This document shows positions 48,175 to 62,000 of a DNA stretch of 64,000 nucleotides, one piece after another. The stretch is taken from contig CDMY01000400.1 of assembly GCA_001179505.1 (NCBI GenBank), forward strand, positions 22,599 to 86,598, read 5' to 3'. Both the position numbers and the translations under genes were made by a program. The DNA comes from Vitrella brassicaformis CCMP3155 (taxonomy: Eukaryota > Protista > Chromerida). The notes under the pieces are model-generated. The model did no database searches. It was not told where the DNA came from and saw only the letters and a program-made list of their open reading frames with translations. Positions within the stretch are counted from its first letter, which is position 1. Each line of letters opens with the position of its first letter.

Positions 48175-49105
48175 CTACAGGCAGCAGACGGGCTTGGAGT
48201 TGATCCACTGCAGGTCTCCCCTGTTGCAGTGGTACTGGACGGGCGCGTGGTCGCACCTGATGCACGTCTCCTCGGCTGGGCCGACACCCAACACCGGCGG
48301 CAGCTCGGCGCCACGCTTGAACTCAAAGCCATCCGGACACGAATGCCTGATCGACACACCCACGTGGGGACAATGGATGGATGGATGGATGGGTGGATGG
48401 ATGAGCCCTTCCCTGTGCTGCGCTGCTTACAGTCTCTCTGCGTAGTACTTGAGGACGCACTTGGCGTCACATATTTTGAAGCCGATAGGGCAGGTGAAGT
48501 CCACCGGGTGGCTCTTGTATATGTGGCACTGCTGGGTGTCCTCGTCCATTGTGCCGTCAGGGCAATAGGGCTTGACCGGGCAATACACGATCTTCCCAGA
48601 GTACTCGCACTTGCTGAAGCACCTGCTGCCGTCTTGAGTCAGCCGATAGCCCGGAGGGCACGAGTTCTCGGGTGGGACCGTGACCTTTTCAAGGCACTTC
48701 TCGCCGGGGATGAGAGTCGCGTCCTGGTACTCGGCTCTGCAGTACTCAATAAGATCAGCGTAATGGTCCTGGACACACCGATCGCCCTCCACCACATAAC
48801 CCTGACACACGCAGGCAGACAGACACACAGACAGACAGACAGACAGACAGGCAAGACACAGATGAGTCAAAACGTCCAGTGTGTGTGTGTGTGTGTGCGT
48901 GTGTCCCTACCTGCTCGAAACAGTAGTAGTGTGGCTCGTGGCGGAACGGCTTGAGGCACTTGTGAGCCGCCTGGTCATACATAAAGCCGGGGGGGCAGTG
49001 AGGGTGAGCCTCCTCCCGAAACGGACACTGGTTCGCAGCTGCGAGGGGCACACAAGCCGCCAGGAGAGCCAGCGCACACACCACGACCGCACCACACTTC
49101 ATCAT
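48175..49105 (-). CDS. Oocyst-wall-protein-like Cys/His-rich secreted protein, diverged copy 3
   Basis: Same 3-exon structure and intron positions as 2669-3590. Signal MMKCGAVVVCALALLAACVPLAAA. Exon 2 is strongly diverged but keeps the Cys spacing; exon 3 is near-identical. Confidence 0.75.
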
Positions 49106-49544
49106 CACAATCGGTCGTTGCAGAAGGAAGACGTGAAGGAAGACGAATGATAGGAAGGAGGGGAGGAAAGATGTGAGCTGCGGACGAAGCAAGGATAAGA
49201 TCTGCGGAGAATGCCGATGCCTGCGTCCTCCCCTGGCCTCCCTGCGTTCCCCTCTTGCCCTAACCCATGGCAAGAAACCTATCGACAGTGGTTTCACAGG
49301 GAGTTGAGAGTTAGGGGAGGGAGGGAGGGAGGGGGAGGGAGGGAGGGCTTCCTCTCCATCCCTCCATCCATCCCTCTATCTATCCCTCCATCGGTCAGGC
49401 AAGGTATCGTCCCAGATCTTCACTTCCCACCTTCCACCCTACCTACTTCCCGCTTCCCACGCCCTCTCTCTTCGCATCATCACCGTCATCCTTCACCGAC
49501 GACTTGATCATCGCTCTCTATCGTCTTGTTATTCACTGTCGGCA

Positions 49545-51387
49545 ATGGCTCAGCTTGCGGGAATCGTGTGGACTCTGCTGGTCGCCCTGTCCCTGGTGGC
49601 CTGTCAGCCCTCTGCAAACAAGACGCCCGTGGTTTCCTACAGCACATTCAGCCTGGTGAGTGATGGAGCCGCCAACGACCAGCCGAGTGTCCGTGCGCTC
49701 AGCAGTCCGCCACCGCGTCCAGCTGCTGCAGCTGGCATCCACCGCATCATCGTCAAGCTCAAGCACCCACACACCGAGGGCCTTGCCCGCGCAGAGACCA
49801 TCTCGAGGGCACTGCAGGCCTCCATGTCAGCCGAGACCACCGTGCACACGGCTGAGACGACGGTCCACCACCTCAACAGCTTGTCCATGGACGTGGTGGA
49901 TCTGCCGCTAGGTGTCGATGCAGCGGCCACATGCGAGGCTGCCCTCCTGGCGTCGGATGAGATCGACATCTGCGAGCCGGATGCCGTTGTTGCGACGGCC
50001 TCTGGCCGAAGGCTGCGCGCCCGGGCAGCACAGGAGCCCAACCGCTTCGTGCCCGACGACCCAATCTTCAAGGAGCAGTGGGGGATGGCCAGCATCGATA
50101 TGCCCGAGGCGTGGGCCTTCCTGTCTGAGCAGCAGCAGGAGACGGACAGTGGGGCCGACTCAGTGGGCAAAGGTACGGTGGTCGGGGTGATTGACACCGG
50201 TGTCGACTACACCCATCCGGACCTCAAGGACGCCATGTGGGTCAATCAAGGCGAGATCGTTGGCAACGGCATCGATGACGACGGTAGGTCCCGAGGGAGG
50301 GAGGGAGGGAGGGAGGATGCAGGAAGAGACATTCACACACACGATCTGCATGCATTCCTTGGTCTGTATGTGTCTGTGTGCAGGTAACGGCTTTGTTGAT
50401 GACATTCACGGCTGGGCCTGGTGCGACGGATCCGAGAACCCGCACATTGGCGACGGCGATCCTATGGATGAGGGTGGCCATGGAACTCACTGTGCAGGTA
50501 CCATCGCGGCGACTGCCAACAACCAGGAGGGCATCGCAGGCGTCGCATTTGGCAGAACCAAGATCATGGCACTCAAATTCCTCTGCGGCGAGGTAGGTCG
50601 AGTAAACATAGGGGCGCGGGGCGCTGAAATCACATGTCTGTGTGCGGCTACATCAGGATGGTCGGGGTTACACTGCTGACGCGGTCCACGCAATCAACTA
50701 TGCCGTTGCCATGGGGGCCACGCTCACAAGCAACAGCTGGGGCTCCCTTGGGTCTAGAGCACATCCAGGGCTCGAGGAGGCCATCAGGAAGGCAGAGGAG
50801 GCGAACATGCTTTTCGTCGCCGCGGCTGGCAACGACGACAACGACAATGACGGCCCCAGGAAAGGCTACCCGGCATCATCTGAGCTGGACAGCGTCATCA
50901 GCGTCGGCGCGTCGAATAAGGAAGGAGAGAAGGCGTGGTTCAGCAACTACGGCCTCGAGAGCGCTGACGTGTTTGCGCCGGGGACGAGAATCGCCTCGAC
51001 GATGCCCGGTGGCAAGTATGCGAAAATGCAGGGCACCAGCATGGCAACGCCATTCGTTGCTGGTACGCAAGCACTGAGGACTGCAGTCTGTGTGATACCC
51101 ATTAGACGATCCACTCAATCGCTGCTTTGTCTGTGACTTCAGGTTTGGCTGCCCTTCTGTGGTCGACGGATCCGGCGCAGAGCTATCGCGACATCAAGCA
51201 TCGCATTCTGTCGACTTCCGAGAAGATGGACTCGCTCGAGGGCCTGTGCGTCACGGGGGGCCAGGTCAACGCACTGAAGGCCGTCACGTGTGCCGATTGC
51301 AAATGGACCCCCACGGAGGAGCCGACGGCGGCTCCGACGGAAGCCCCCACGCAGGAGCCTACGACGGAGGAGCCGGGGACCCCGTAA
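49545..51387 (+). CDS. Secreted subtilisin-like serine protease (S8), paralog B
   Basis: Exons 49545-50283, 50384-50592, 50657-51062 and 51143-51387. Intact D/H/N/S motifs; lacks the extra intron seen in paralog A. Confidence 0.95.
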
Positions 51388-53407
51388 GGGCCCCCCACGG
51401 CTGGTTCGCTGACGAGAAGCTGCACTGACGGCCGGGGGGAAGACTGCCTGCCTGCCTGCTGTCTGTAACGGCGTATATGTATGTGTGTGTATGTCTGCGG
51501 CATGTTGGTGTACTGACTGCACTGTCTGTGCTGTGGTGTGCTGTGGTTTGCTGTGCTCTAGCTTAGTAAGTGAGAGTCGTGTGTAGGTAGTTCTTCGTTC
51601 GTTCGTTCATTCGCTGGTCGGCCGGCAGCGCCGCGCCACTGACTGCCACTCACTGTTTTGCGCAGCCTAGTCGGCTGCATCTGCCCTTCGTCGTGTGTGA
51701 ATGAAACAGCTCTCTCTCTGTCTGTCTCTCTGTCTGTCTCTCTCTGAATAGCTCTCATTGTGCATACACTCGTACGTTAGTGCTGTGTTCATGTTGGTGC
51801 TTTGCCAAGCCGTCGGTGCACCGAGTTCTGACGCGACCCGACGTGAGCTGAGCGGCTTGTTGTCGTCTGTGTATGCGTGTGTGCTGTGATCTGATCATTG
51901 GCTGTATAAATTTGTCGATAGCAAGTGACTGCACTGCACTGCACGCTGATCTGTGCATGTGTACATATTACACATGGGATGGTGGGTTGGGGTGGGGTGG
52001 GATGGGAGGGACAAGAGACCGGCGAGAGACACATGCGCACCACACATACATACGTCAAGTGAATGATATGACATGAGATTTCCAAATGAGAACGAAATTC
52101 GCGCACTGAGGCGGCTTGACAATACTCACATACAAACTTGGCCGGACATGTACGTACGTACGCATGCATATGTACACACACAGATGGATGGCCCATGCTG
52201 TCGTTCCATCCATCCATCGCCTGTTCCATGAAAGGACAGTGATCGACGCGACGCGCACAGCACAATATGCGCATCAGACAGGCAGACGGGCGAGTGAGTC
52301 AACATCAGTCAGGGGGTGGATCGGATCCATCGCCTCTTCTCTATCCTGTGAGGGATCTGATACGTGTCTCATGATCATAGCGAGGGACAATAGAGAGACA
52401 CCGTGATAGCGAATCATCCCGAGGCGCCGGGTTTATTGTCACAATCCGTCAAACCAAACAGACGTCTCTCTCCCTCCATGCCTTTCCCTCCTCCTCCTCA
52501 GCCCATGTAGCTCTTTGCTGTGTCGGCAGGTCCAGCCGCAGCTTTTGTCTGCAGTGGATCTCTGCAGGGGAGGGCAGGGGCTGGGACACCTCTCCACCCC
52601 ACCAGGGCAGGGGCTGGGCCGGGAAGGGTGGGGTGGGATACTTGGTTGATCTTTTGTCGGTTCACACATTCACGTGACAACAACTTGAGGTGGACGATGA
52701 GCGAGGCCGTTACGTATTTGTGGTGACTTCATGGTGAAGTGTCCGTTCCTTCGTGTCCCCCAGGTGTCGCCCCAGCATGTCAGTCATGCGATGAACAGAA
52801 ACTCACTACGGCCCTCCCCTCCCACACGGAGCAGAAATCCACTACAAATGTACAACAAAGGGCACAGGTGCACTGCGAACTTTGCAGACAGACAGACAGA
52901 CAGGGCACTACCAACACACACATGTGCGTGACAGCCAAATGACCGTATGTGACGAATGTGTGGGTATGCATGTGGTGGCCATAATGATATCATGCCCACC
53001 GCATCCACACCCACACCCACACCAGGCAATATCCACCCCTCTCTCAGTCCAGACAGCACACAAGCACACCACACCCATGATATCAACCCGGTGTTCCCAG
53101 CCCCTGTTCCCTTCCCCACTTCCCCCACTCGTGTGTCTATTTACATGGTGAGTGAAGTCACACACAACACAACACAGTACACAGACAGGCAAAGGGCAGA
53201 GCGCCACACGCAACACGCCAGTCGACTAGTCAGTGATGGACATGACTCAGTACAAACAACACGTTTAATCAAAGAACAGTGAGTGACGCACACACATCAC
53301 AGCACAACACATCACATCACATGACGACGTGACATCGCATCACAGGCAGACGAGTGAGGGAAAGTGAGTGAAGTGCAGCCAGGGTGTGGATCAATCAGAC
53401 GGGCGGC

Positions 53408-54116
53408 TCAGTGCTTCTTGCCTGAATGAAAGGAGGAAGAGAAATGGGACACAAATTCGTGTGTGTACATATCAAAGGAGGTTGGCGCGTGTGTTGGTGT
53501 GGACATCTTGCCTTGCCGCCGCACTTACATTTCCCCCCCCACCACTTCTTCTTGCAATAATAGCCAGGGAAGCACTCGGAGTCGTGCTTGCACTTCTTGT
53601 GGTGCTTGTGCTTGCCTGAAAGCAACATAAGTAAAGGGTGGATTCGCCGTCAGACTGTCTCCCTGCCTGTCTGCCTGTCTGCCTGTCTGTCCCACTTACA
53701 TTTCCCCCATTTCTTCCCCCACTTCTTCTTGCAGTATTTGCCATGGGAACAGTCGGAGTCGTCCTCGCACTTGTGGCCTGCACACCACACACCACACAGA
53801 AGGGAGGAATCGAGATGATGCCCCCTGTCACTGGGTGCGTTGTGGTCGGTTGCTTACCCAGTGCACGCAGGCTGCCCGACGTCGCAGCCTCGTCATCCTC
53901 GTCCTCATCGTCGGCATCGACCACGTGGGCATCGTTGGCATAGACCAGGAAGTCCTCCTCGTCCAGCTCATCCACAGTCGCCAGGCCATTGTCAGCAGTA
54001 GTGGGAGCAGCAGTTGTGGTGCAGGGTGCCTTGCCCGCCATGGTGGCTGAGGGCATCCACACCGCCACCAGCAGAGAGGCGAGGACAACCAGTGTCAGGC
54101 GCGAGAAGAGAGCCAT
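53408..54116 (-). CDS. Secreted prepropeptide: signal + acidic pro-region + two 4-Cys Lys/Trp/His-rich modules (paralog B)
   Basis: Exons 54116-53858, 53777-53700, 53615-53529 and 53421-53408 give ...DDEDEDDEAATSGSLRAL-GHKCEDDSDCSHGKYCKKKWGKKWGKCKHKHHKKCKHDSECFPGYYCKKKWWGGKCKKH*. Confidence 0.75.
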
Positions 54117-57100
54117 GAATGCTGACGGGAACTAACTGAGAGTCTTGGTCGCAGGCAAACAGACGAAATGTAAGACGAGAAGTGAAGATCTGCGGTCAAG
54201 AATGCTGAGGGAGGGATAGAGGGGAGGGAGGGAGGGGAGAGAATGGTAGGGAGGGAAGGAGGGAGAGGGAGGGGTGTTTTCGTGCGATGCTGCCCTAGCC
54301 CATAACAGTAAACCCTCCCTTTCTCCTCTAAGCGACAAGAAGACTGGAGATGTACATGCGTTCGTGTTTGATTCGAATGGTTGACGAATAAAGCAAGCAA
54401 ACCACACGCATCCACCCACCACTATGTCGACTGTCGCGTCTCATCCAGTCGTCACCTCTTGGACGTTGTCCGTCGGAAGGCACGGCACACCATGATGGTC
54501 ACTATCCATGCGACGTGTTGGTCTTTCCCCCACACAGATAAACGCACGTACGCACCATTAGCCAGCCCATTTGTCAGCGAGCGCCCAAGCGACAGTGAAG
54601 GAGGAGAGAGTGAGGCAGGGAGGTTACCACGAGTGAGTTGGTGAGCGTATGCATGCACTCGCACCCAGCACAGTGCTGTCCAGTCTGGCAGAGAGGAGGA
54701 TAGCAAGGACATGCATGCAATGCAATGCAAAACCATGAACCAACGAACCAATAGCAGACACGACACACACACGCATATATTATATATACCCACACCCACC
54801 CCAATGCCCCACCCACCCAGCACGAATCCATCGACAGAGACACGCAACGCCCTACGTATACCAACCCTCCCCCTTCGCGGCCAGCCGCAATGATGCGACC
54901 ACGCCCCCCATCACCGACACACCACAGAGCCCGCAGACACAAAAATACACACACATTCATTCATTCATGTTCACGTGAGTGAATGAATGAACGTGCATAT
55001 ACACACACTGGGCAGCGATCGATCTTATCTGAACCCGAGAGCTCATCGCCTCCCCTTCCTCTCTCCTTGACTCTTACGTGCATGGGTGGTGAGTGAGTGA
55101 GTCTGGGTCATCCGCTGTGCGTGTGTGTCTTGTGTCCCTCCCCTCTGTGTGGGTGAGTCCGTTTCTGTGCGTGTGTGTGCGCGTGAGTGTCCATCTTTCT
55201 TTCTACGGCCGGCCAGCAGCCACCCACCCACGCACACGCGCACAGAGTCGCTGGCCGGCTGCCATACGTCGCTGCCGAAAGACGAAATTGGCGGGCAGCT
55301 CCCGCTTGGCCCTCGTCCCTCGTTCATGTGTCACACACACAGAGAGACCCACACACATAAATGCACTTTACAACATGACCAGACAGACACGGGAGTCGAT
55401 AGACACTCGCACAGACAGACATACAGGTAAAAAATAAGCCATACATACGAGATCGTTCAAATCACCTTATCCATCCATCCGTCCGTCCATCCCTCTCTCT
55501 CGTCTCTTTCTCTCTCTCACCTCACACACACATCCGTGGTACCGTGTGTCGGTGAGAACAACCCCATTCTGTCTGTCCGTCTTGCTCATACATGAATGAA
55601 TGCACAAATGCCAGTAGTGAGGAGAGCACAGCGGGCGAAAAGACACACATACACATACGCACACTCACACACTGACCACACGGACACGGACAAAGGCGAA
55701 GGCAAAGGCAAAGAGCTCACATCAACACGCCGGGAGTTGAAAACATGGCCACATCCACACACACACACACACACACACAGCAGAAGGTGTTAGATACACA
55801 CCAGGAGATGATGAGACAGACGCAAGACACAGAGTGAGAGAGAGGCAAGCCTGCGACTACGGACCCTGAAAAGGGTGTAGAGAGAGAGAGGTGCGAGAAG
55901 CATGCAGAGAGAGCGAGGGTGAGCATTTCACAAATACGCCGACATGAGTGGGTGGGTGGGTCGGTGGGTGGGTGGGGTGGATAGAAGGAGGAGAGAATGG
56001 AAAAAGAGGCCCAAAGACAGCCAGCCAGCCAGCCACCATCAGGTATGAACAATAGCTGGTACACTGACTGCACTCTATGAGTATGTATGCATGGTCTGTC
56101 TGTCTATCTGTTTCGCTCGCTCAGCTGTTGCCCGCCTGCCTGCCTGCCTGTCTAAATGCACCGGACCGTTACTGACAATACGCAGATCGAGTAGTAGAGA
56201 GATTAGACAATAACATTATCAAGATACTCAATGGAAAATTACCCATGAAAAAACCGCCCCTTCCTTACTGTCAATGCACCGACGTAGGTATCGACACACC
56301 AGCCAACCGAGAGAGCAAAGCGGAAATAAATACAGACGAGAAGAGGTTCGAATGACACAGAGAGAGAGAGACAACAGACGCAGCGGCCAGGCAGGCAGGC
56401 GGGCAGGCAGGCAGCCCCCCCGCCAGCCACCCAATGAGAAGGCGTCGAATGGGCCGACGTATCCCCCATCACCCACACCAGGAGCCCGAGCGCTACCACG
56501 GCGTGCGACTGTGCGTGTCTGCCACACCCATTGGTGACGGCATTTCGCCCCAACTGATGTGTCGAGACGAAAAGGCGTCACAACTGTGGATAGCAGACAC
56601 GCACACCCACACGCACGACTGTGAAGCCAGCAAGTGCAAACCACACCTCACGACCACACCGATCTGAAAAACCACATCGTGTTTGTATGCGGTGGCGTGC
56701 ATCCCCTTCCCTCCCTCCCTCCCTCCCTCCTTCCTCTCCCCTTTCTCCCACGTAACCTGACCGACGAGCCAGCCGCCCATTAAATCCCATTGATGGCGTC
56801 ATGTCATCAATCAATGAATGAATGACGTGTGTGGCACTAACGAGCCACTGTACGTATGCATGTATGCGTAGGGGGAGAGGGGAATGAATGGATGGATGGA
56901 TGGATAAAGGAGCCGTAACAAAGCACACACAATACACAGACACAGATACAGAGGGAGAGGGAGAGGGAGAGGGAGACGGCCGGCCGTGTGTATGCATGTC
57001 GATCGCACCACACCGGCCAGCCAAACGGCGAATTGGTATGAATCCATCTATCGACCCGTCACCAGACAAGGCGTCAAAGGCACGGCATGCGTGTAGGCAA

Positions 57101-59071
57101 AAAAGACCACAACAACACGGGACATTCTGGCTGTGTCGCTGTCCTCTGAGAGAACCGGCAGATAGAGAGAGTGTGCGCGGTGAGGGTGGAAAAGCCTCGA
57201 GAAACAACAAGAGACACTAGATCAAAACCTCCAGACAGAGATGGGTGAGAAGGAACGTGCAACAACAGAGAGTCAGCTGAGCCAATCCCCATCTCTCCCT
57301 TCTCCCTGGCCCGGCCCACCAACTGGTACTTGGTAGGTATTCTTTCTGGCTGGTCATTGTCCGTGCTGTTCACTACCTACCGGTAACCGTAAAACCGGTT
57401 GCTGGCCTGGCTAATTCCTGACAAATAAGACCAACTACCTACCTACCAGTAAGAACGGCCAACTAGCTGCACTAGCTGCGATCCTCGTCTGCCTGTCTGC
57501 CGGTCTGTCTGTTTGATTGTCTGTCTGCCTTTGCAGCTAAGACGCATGGGCACACAGGCAGCAACGCAACAGCAAGTGACGAATTGACCGAATGAGCGAG
57601 GGAGGGAGGGAGTGGGTGGTGGGTCGGTGGGCCACCAGGGCTGGCTCGGCTCGGCTCGATACGTAAGCACGAAGAGATGCAAAACCGCCTCAGGTTGGAG
57701 TAGCGACCTTGGCTTAGTGAGGGAGAGAGAGTGTCAGAGAGGGTGTTAGTGTGACAGTGAGTCCGTGTGCACAACCGGAACATCATAATGAACAAGACAA
57801 GACAGGGTGAGTTTCCATCACGCCATTCCACGTCACATCACGACATATCACATAAAAAGCAAAGACACACACATCCATCCATCCATCAATTCACAACACA
57901 TACGTATGTAATGTAAGAAACGCGCAACGTACAACGGTCATCTCACCTCAGCATCCATCGTGGCCAGTAAAAAACAACGGCAGCCACCGTGGATGGGGAG
58001 GAGAAACATTGCCCAGCTGGAAAAGCCGGCGACGAACAAACGAAAGACGACGAACGAGCGAGCGAAAAGCAATACAATGCAACACACCACACACGCAGAG
58101 AACACAACCCCCCCTAAAAAAAGGAAAGGCGGAAAAGGCACCTCACGACACACCACAGCCACATCAACGGCACGAAACACGCAGCCATCCATCCATCCAT
58201 CTTGACGCATGCGACCAACGATAGGGTGTGTCACGCACGCACGCATGCAGTGAGTGAGTGTGTGAGTGAGTGTCTACCTACCAGCCAGCTAGCTAGCCTG
58301 CCTACCTATGCCAAACAAAAAAGTGTCTGGTCGGTCATCAAATCCATCCCTCACACCACACCACACCACCCCTCCCCTCCCCTCACACGACAAAGCCATC
58401 GTCCATCGAGCAGCCATCCACCCATCCATCAGATGATGGAAGGTGTCATCGCGCGATACCCACCTACGCAACAGCTAGCCAGGGTATAGAAAAACGATCC
58501 CTTCACGCATCCATCCATCCATTCATCCATCCATCCATCGGTTTGTGTGCATGTGTGTATGTCTGTGTCGGTGCCACCCCCTCCCCTCCCCTATCCTCCC
58601 CCCCCCCGTGCTGTGCCCCCCTGTACATGGGACGAAATGGGTGTGGTCGGTTGGTCGATCGGTGGCGGTCTTCGGCTGGCCCCTGCCCCTGCCCCTGCCC
58701 CCGCACCCACGCGCGCACAGACATACAGACAGGCAGGCAAACGAGTAATGCGCGGAACCGTCGGACATTTGCAGACAGACAGACAGAAAGGCAGACAAGC
58801 AAGTATGTAGGTAGGTAGGTACAGAGCAGTAGATAGATAGATACAGGGGGAAGGTAGGAAGGAAGCAGCAAGCAAGTGGAGAGAAGAGAAGGAGGAAACC
58901 CATACAAAGAAAGCATCACCCACCCGTCATTCATTGTCTTCTGCTACACAGCCAACACACACCACACCACACCACACCCCATCACGCCACGCACGAAAAC
59001 CCCCGCTCCCACCGACAGCCGCCCCGTCTTACACACTACCACCATCATCCCGGCCATCCCTCGGTCGCCCC

Positions 59072-62000
59072 TCACGCCCTGTGCATGGGTGTGGTGCCGG
59101 TGTCGCCCGCGAGCGCCTTGTTCCTGGTCATCAGGAAGGCGGGGAAGCCCTCCTCGGCCTCGGTGTCCAGGTCGATCAGCTTCATGATGGTGTCATGGAT
59201 CGTCTTGGCGTACTTCTGGGCCAGCGAACGGGACACAAAGTTGGAGGCATACTGAACAACACACAGAGCGAGAAAGAGAAAGAGAAGAGGAGGAAGTGCG
59301 GGTACAGAACAAAACGGGTGTGTGTAGTGTGTCCGTTGCTCACCTGCAGCGACCAGTTGAGTCTGCCCGAGATGGTGACCAGGTTGTGCGAGAAGAGGTT
59401 GTTGCCCACGCCGTGCTGGCTCACGCACGACCAGCTGCTCTCGATCTCCATCTCGAAGTCGCCGCCGCCCCTCACCTCGCTGTCGCTGTCACTGCCGCTG
59501 TCCATGTTGTCGACGTGCTCGTGCAGGATCGACCGAGGCGAGTCGATCGACGTGTGGACGATGGTGGGGGTGCGGGGGTAGCGCGACAGCCCGGCCAGCA
59601 TGGTCGGCTTGCGGGGGCCGCGAGCCGACGCGCCGTTGCCCTTGCGCAGATCCGTCGTGTCCCAGTTGCCCGTATTCTGAAAATCACAACACACACATCA
59701 ATGTTGCGAGGGATGGAGGGGTGCGTGTGTGTTTCCTCGCGTACCGAGATGAGGAACACCGAAGGGCGTGGCTTGGGGGCCAAGAGCTCGAGCATGTTGT
59801 CCAGCCGCTCGCTCTCCATGTTGTTCTTGAGGAACTTGGTCACCACGTCCCAGTCGGAGCATGCGTTGGTCGGGGTCGGCCGGTCCACCTTGCTGTGGAT
59901 GCTCGTGTTGACCGTCGACGCAAACTGCCAGAAATGGTCAGCGCGGGTCGAGTGGGCCGGCACCTCCAGACCCAGGCCCATCAGACAGGTGAAGCACCCC
60001 AGACGCGGCAGCCCGTCGGCCTTGGGGGCCGGCTTGTCGCTCTTGACGTCGGCAACGGCAGGGGCGAGGGCGGGGATGCGGGGAGGGGCGCCGAGACCGC
60101 CCCTGCACGACGAGGGGCTGAGCAGCGATGGGCTGAGGTGGCTGAGGACGTCCGGGTGGCTGTCCTGCTTGTCGATGGGCAGGAGGGGGGGCGAGGGGGG
60201 CGAGTGTGAGGGCGGGAGGGGGGAGGGAGGGGGCGTGGGGTTGGTCGACGTCTTGCTCTCGGTGCGAAGGGGGGGCGGCTTGTCCTTTATGGCCTTCTGC
60301 ATCCACCTGCGTGTGGAGATGGCCTGGGTGGTGTAGAGGGAGGTCTTCTGGTCCTCCTTGCCGATCAGCTGGGCGGCAGCAGAGGCGGCCGTGGCGGTCA
60401 GCACCGAGTTGAGGGGGATGTTGTGCTGCTTGCACGTCTGGATGAACTTCTTGGTCGTCGACGGATCGAACAACAGAGGCACTATCGATGTGTGCGCAGC
60501 CTACACAACACACACAGGAAGAGAATGGACGGATGCTAATGCGTTGTGACCCCCCTTCCCCCCCTCTCCCTCCCTCCGTCCCTCGCTTCACTTCACTCGC
60601 CTCACCTGCTGCCTGTCCCTGTAGTGCTCAGCGGGGTACATGACGGAGAAGGGGTTCCTCTTCTTGACCATCAGCTTGCGGAAGAACATCGTCAGGCCCT
60701 TGCCGATCTGGAAGGCCACCTCGTCACTCACTGCGTAGATCGGCTTCGTCAGGGCGTCCAAAAGCGTCCCAGGCATCACGGACGACACCGGCGGCGGCAG
60801 CGACTCACTCACGGGCCCCCCCATGAAGGTGTTGTCGGCCATCGAGGGGAGTTCAGGGAGCGATTCCAGCGATGCGATGGTCGACGCGGAGGCGAACATG
60901 TGCAGAGGGGGAGGGGAGGTGCGGTGGGGGTTGCGGCGCTGGGCGAGGGTGTAGATGGTGTTGAGGAAGTCCTTCCAGAAGTTCTGCCGCGCCAGGCCGT
61001 CCATGATGAGGTGGTGGAAGATGCCTACGATCCACGTCCGGTACGATGGGTACAGCACCGAACCCTGCGCACATCAAGACACACCAGCACCAGACGCAGC
61101 GATGGTGCAAGGGATCGTCCGCAAATGTGTGTCCGAGTGAGGTGGGTTACCCTTCTGATTTTCTGAGTGGTGGGTGTGGCCTGGAGCACTCTCATTCTCC
61201 AGAGAGGCCCCGTAGTGGTGGGCAGGGGGTAGTTCTGCTCATAGCGGAGGAGCTCCTCCCAATCGCTACACTGAGACATCTCTATGTCTGCACACAACAC
61301 ACACAGATAAGCCAAACATTGAGCACACAATGCGAGCTTGTTTCAATCTCTCTCCTTCTCCCTTCTCTCATTCTCCCTTTCTCCTCCCGGCTGTCTCGCT
61401 GTGCGTGTCTTTCGTCTTACCAGGCTCGTGGTGAGTCTCTGCCCATCTGCGCCTAATGCGCCCCCTGTGCTTGTCGACCAGGACCCTGGCGCGCAGAGCG
61501 GCGNNNNNNNNNNNNNNNNNNNNNNNNNNNNNNNNNNNNNNNNNNNNNNNNNNNNNNNNNNNNNNNNNNNNNNNNNNNNNNNNNNNNNNNNNNNNNNNNN
61601 NNNNNNNNNNNNNNNNNNNNNNNNNNNNNNNNNNNNNNNNNNNNNNNNNNNNNNNNNNNNNNNNNNNNNNNNNNNNNNNNNNNNNNNNNNNNNNNNNNNN
61701 NNNNNNNNNNNNNNNNNNNNNNNNNNNNNNNNNNNNNNNNNNNNNNNNNNNNNNNNNNNNNNNNNNNNNNNNNNNNNNNNNNNNNNNNNNNNNNNNNNNN
61801 NNNGCCGATCAGCTGGGCGGCAGCAGAGGCGGCCGTGGCGGTCAGCACCGAGTTGAGGGGGATGTTGTGCTGCTTGCACGTCTGGATGAACTTCTTGGTC
61901 GTCGACGGATCGAACAACAGAGGCACTATCGATGTGTGCGCAGCCTACACAACACACACAGGAAGAGAATGGACGGATGCTAATGCGTTGTGACCCCCCT

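Larger units (their letters stand above)
48175..54130. repeat. Segmental duplication copy B
   Basis: Homologous to about 2669-8420 with many substitutions and indels, so not an exact assembly duplicate. Confidence 0.9.

Noticed and set aside
54956-54991. Inverted repeat ttcattcattca...tcacgtga...tgaatgaatgaa
   Set aside because: Short and built from simple (TTCA)n repeats; no TSD or second copy to support a MITE or ncRNA.
54200-58900. Short ORFs in a 4.7-kb stretch
   Set aside because: Dominated by simple repeats, with no coherent exon chain or coding-like composition; probably intergenic or UTR.
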